Shown one piece after another: positions 48,613 to 50,853 of a DNA stretch of 50,853 nt. Made by a program: the position numbers and the translations under genes. Source of the stretch: Candidatus Hydrogenedentota bacterium (GTDB lineage Bacteria > Hydrogenedentota > Hydrogenedentia > Hydrogenedentales > JAEUWI01); assembly GCA_046047315.1 (NCBI GenBank), contig JBJOID010000162.1:1-50853 (forward strand), written 5' to 3'. Each line of letters starts with the position of its first letter. Positions within the stretch are counted from its first letter, which is position 1. The notes under the pieces were generated by a model. That model saw only the letters and a program-made list of their open reading frames with translations, was not told where the DNA came from and searched no databases.

Positions 48613-49540
48613 CGCGAATGGAGGAAGGCGGGCGCCGGAGATCCTGCTGGTCGAGGACGACTCGAACCTGCTGAACATCTCCCGCGACTACCTGGCCCGG
48701 GCGGGCTTCACGGTGAACGTGGCCGCTTCCGGCTGGGATGCCCTGAAGACGCTCAAGAATTTGACCGTGGACCTTATCATCAGCGAGTTGCTGCTGGCCG
48801 ATGTGGATGGCAGCAGCCTGCGAGAGAAGTGCCTGGTGCAGCCGGAAACCCGCGATGTGCCCTTTCTCTTCATCGTGCCGGGCGGCAACCCCGATATCCA
48901 GGTGCGCGCCCTGCGCACCGGGGTGGACGACGTGGTGCAGAAGCCCTTCGATCCCATCGTGCTGGTGGCTCGGGCGCAGGCCGTGCTGGCGCGCCGCCAG
49001 GCCTATGAGGAGATCGTGCGGGTGGACCCGCTCACCCGCCTGCTCAACCGACACAGCTTTGGCGAGGAACTGGACAACGAGCTTTCGCGCGCCAAGCGCT
49101 ACGGCCGCACCGGCTCCATCCTCATGCTCGATGTCGACGCCTTCTCGCAGGTCAACGAGGAATCCGGCGTGCCGCTGGGCGATTTGCTCTTGACCAGCCT
49201 TTCATTCGTCGTGCTTTCGAACATCCGGAATGTCGATCTCGCGGGGCGTTATCGCGGGGAGAAGCTTGTGCTCTATTTGCCCGAGACTCCGGTCGAGAAC
49301 GCCGAGCATCTCGCCAAGCGTATTCAGGAGCGTCTCCGGCAAATCGCGGATACCGTGGCGGGCTATCCACTCACGGTCACCTGCGCAATCGTGCCCGCCC
49401 CCGAGAACGGACAGAGCGGCGAGCAGCTTTCGGCCTTGGCCCTCGAAGTGGCCCGCCGCTCCAAGACAAGCGGCCCCGGCCAGGTCTGCATCCTTGGCCG
49501 CGACATCCAGCGGGCGGAGCTGGCCTCGCCGGGGATTTAG
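48605..49540 (+). CDS. Receiver plus GGDEF-domain protein, both domains degenerate
   Basis: LLVEDD...IISE (Glu at the phospho-Asp site); DPLTRLLNR; RYRGEKL in place of RYGGEEF. Confidence 0.85.
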   Translation: MHSANGGRRAPEILLVEDDSNLLNISRDYLARAGFTVNVAASGWDALKTLKNLTVDLIISELLLADVDGSSLREKCLVQPETRDVPFLFIVPGGNPDIQVRALRTGVDDVVQKPFDPIVLVARAQAVLARRQAYEEIVRVDPLTRLLNRHSFGEELDNELSRAKRYGRTGSILMLDVDAFSQVNEESGVPLGDLLLTSLSFVVLSNIRNVDLAGRYRGEKLVLYLPETPVENAEHLAKRIQERLRQIADTVAGYPLTVTCAIVPAPENGQSGEQLSALALEVARRSKTSGPGQVCILGRDIQRAELASPGI

Positions 49541-50667
49541 TCTAGCCGAAAATCCCTGGCAACCCGGCGCGCCGCTGCTTCCAGATTCACCAGCGTATCG
49601 CGGATGGCTGTTGTCGCGTCGAGTTCCTTGGCGGATATGCATTCCGCATGGCGAATTCCGCGCATGAACAGTTGTTCATGGCCCTGGCCAAGCTGTCCTG
49701 CAAAGGCCACCACAGGCACCCCGGCGCGGTTTGCCCGATCGAGAAGTCCGCCCACCGTCTTTCCCTGGGCGCTTTGCCCGTCGAGCCGTCCCTCGCCCGT
49801 AAGCACGAGGTCCGCCGCCGCAATGGCCTCGGGCAGTTTCAAGGCCTCGGCCACCAGCGAGATTCCAGACCGCAGGGTGGCATTTGCGAAACTCATCAAC
49901 CCGGCCGCCAGCCCACCGGCGGCGCCCGAACCGGGAATATCGCGCACTCGCGCGCCGAGGTCGCGCTCCATGATTTCCGCAAAGTGAAGCAACGCCTCGT
50001 CCAACAAGGCGCATTCGGCGGGCGTGGCGCCCTTCTGCGGTCCATAGACCATGGACGCGCCCTCTGCGCCACACAGGGGATTTGTCACGTCGCAAGCGAC
50101 CTCGATGAGCACGCCTCGCAACAGGGGCGTGCGGCCGCTGGCGTCAATACGGGAAAGCCGCGAAAGCGCCGCGCCGCCCGGTGGCAAAGGGTTCCCATCC
50201 ACGTCGAGCAAGTGAAAACCCAGAGCCGCGCCCGCGCCCGCGCCGCCATCGTTCGTTGCGCTGCCGCCCGCTCCCACCACCACCCGGCGCGCGCCAAGTT
50301 TGAGCGCGTGAAGCAACAGCTCGCCGGTGCCCCGGGTGCTGGCGGCGAACGGATTACGGGAACCTTGCGGAATCAGGGCGAGTCCGGAGGCGGCGGCCAT
50401 CTCAATGACCGCGACGCGTGTGTCGGGGTTGAACCCCAGGGCGGCCTCGACGGGTTGGCCAAGCGGACCGCTCACCGTGTAAACATGAGACTCACAATGC
50501 CAGGCCCGGCTCAAGGCATTCATCGTCCCCTCGCCGCCGTCGGCGAGGGGAAGGAGTCTCAGTTCATCCTGCGGGCGGACCGCATGCCAGCCCCGTGCCA
50601 AAGCCCCGGCGGCCTCTTCTGCTGTGCAGGCCTCCTTGAAGGAGTCCGGCGCAATCAGCACACGCAT
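49537..50667 (-). CDS. glxK: Glycerate kinase (GlxK/GarK family)
   Basis: IAPDSFKE, ADGGEGT, GGSATNDGG, YGPQKGA, TGEGRLDGQSAQGK. Confidence 0.95.
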   Translation of the reverse strand: MRVLIAPDSFKEACTAEEAAGALARGWHAVRPQDELRLLPLADGGEGTMNALSRAWHCESHVYTVSGPLGQPVEAALGFNPDTRVAVIEMAAASGLALIPQGSRNPFAASTRGTGELLLHALKLGARRVVVGAGGSATNDGGAGAGAALGFHLLDVDGNPLPPGGAALSRLSRIDASGRTPLLRGVLIEVACDVTNPLCGAEGASMVYGPQKGATPAECALLDEALLHFAEIMERDLGARVRDIPGSGAAGGLAAGLMSFANATLRSGISLVAEALKLPEAIAAADLVLTGEGRLDGQSAQGKTVGGLLDRANRAGVPVVAFAGQLGQGHEQLFMRGIRHAECISAKELDATTAIRDTLVNLEAAARRVARDFRLD

Positions 50668-50697
50668 GGCGAGGGGGCGACGGCACGCGCCGCACGC

Positions 50698-50853
50698 TCA
50701 TTTCGAACGATGGACCGAAGCGCTGCCGCGCCGCGACACCACGGTCGTCGCCGACGCCAGCGCCAGCAAAAGCAACACGGCGACCGCGGCGTTCCCAGGG
50801 CTGCTGGCTAAGCCCGCATCGGCCTGTTCGCCGCCCTGGTTGCAGCCCGGAGG
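50698..50853 (-). CDS. C-terminus of a protein entering from beyond the window, ending in a probable sorting/anchor signal
   Basis: Not in the ORF track. Manual translation: PPGCNQGGEQADAGLASSPGNAAVAVLLLLALASATTVVSRRGSASVHRSK*. Confidence 0.6.
   Translation of the reverse strand, partial: PPGCNQGGEQADAGLASSPGNAAVAVLLLLALASATTVVSRRGSASVHRSK

Overview
GC-rich bacterial chromosomal segment, mostly core metabolism with short accessory inserts. The lineage is probably Ca. Hydrogenedentota, inferred from a Gly-Glu-repeat surface protein with a characteristic C-terminal domain and a GCPP lipoprotein; this was not verified by search. Core genes: HCF101-type Mrp, tRNA-Gln-prs-rplY-pth, a lone ilvN, zinc-ribbon gene-accD-folC, guaB-guaA, sixA, htpX-like, rsmE, yhhQ, a folM-like/folB/folK trio, nhaA and glycerate kinase. 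I found no CRISPR array, integrase or transposase. The most notable signals are: (1) a ~180-nt rod-like RNA candidate with its own terminator after ilvN; (2) a well-spaced sigma54 promoter with phased candidate enhancer sites linking an orphan NtrC-family activator to a divergent Trm112-like/MMPL/LolA-like/outer-membrane barrel operon; (3) a 3.5-kb surface-protein gene flanked by two diverged copies of an esterase 3' end, which looks like an insertion scar; (4) a secreted His/Met-repeat plus acetolactate-decarboxylase-like fusion just after guaA; (5) pterin genes translationally coupled to a large unknown membrane protein. All family assignments come from motif recognition by eye.
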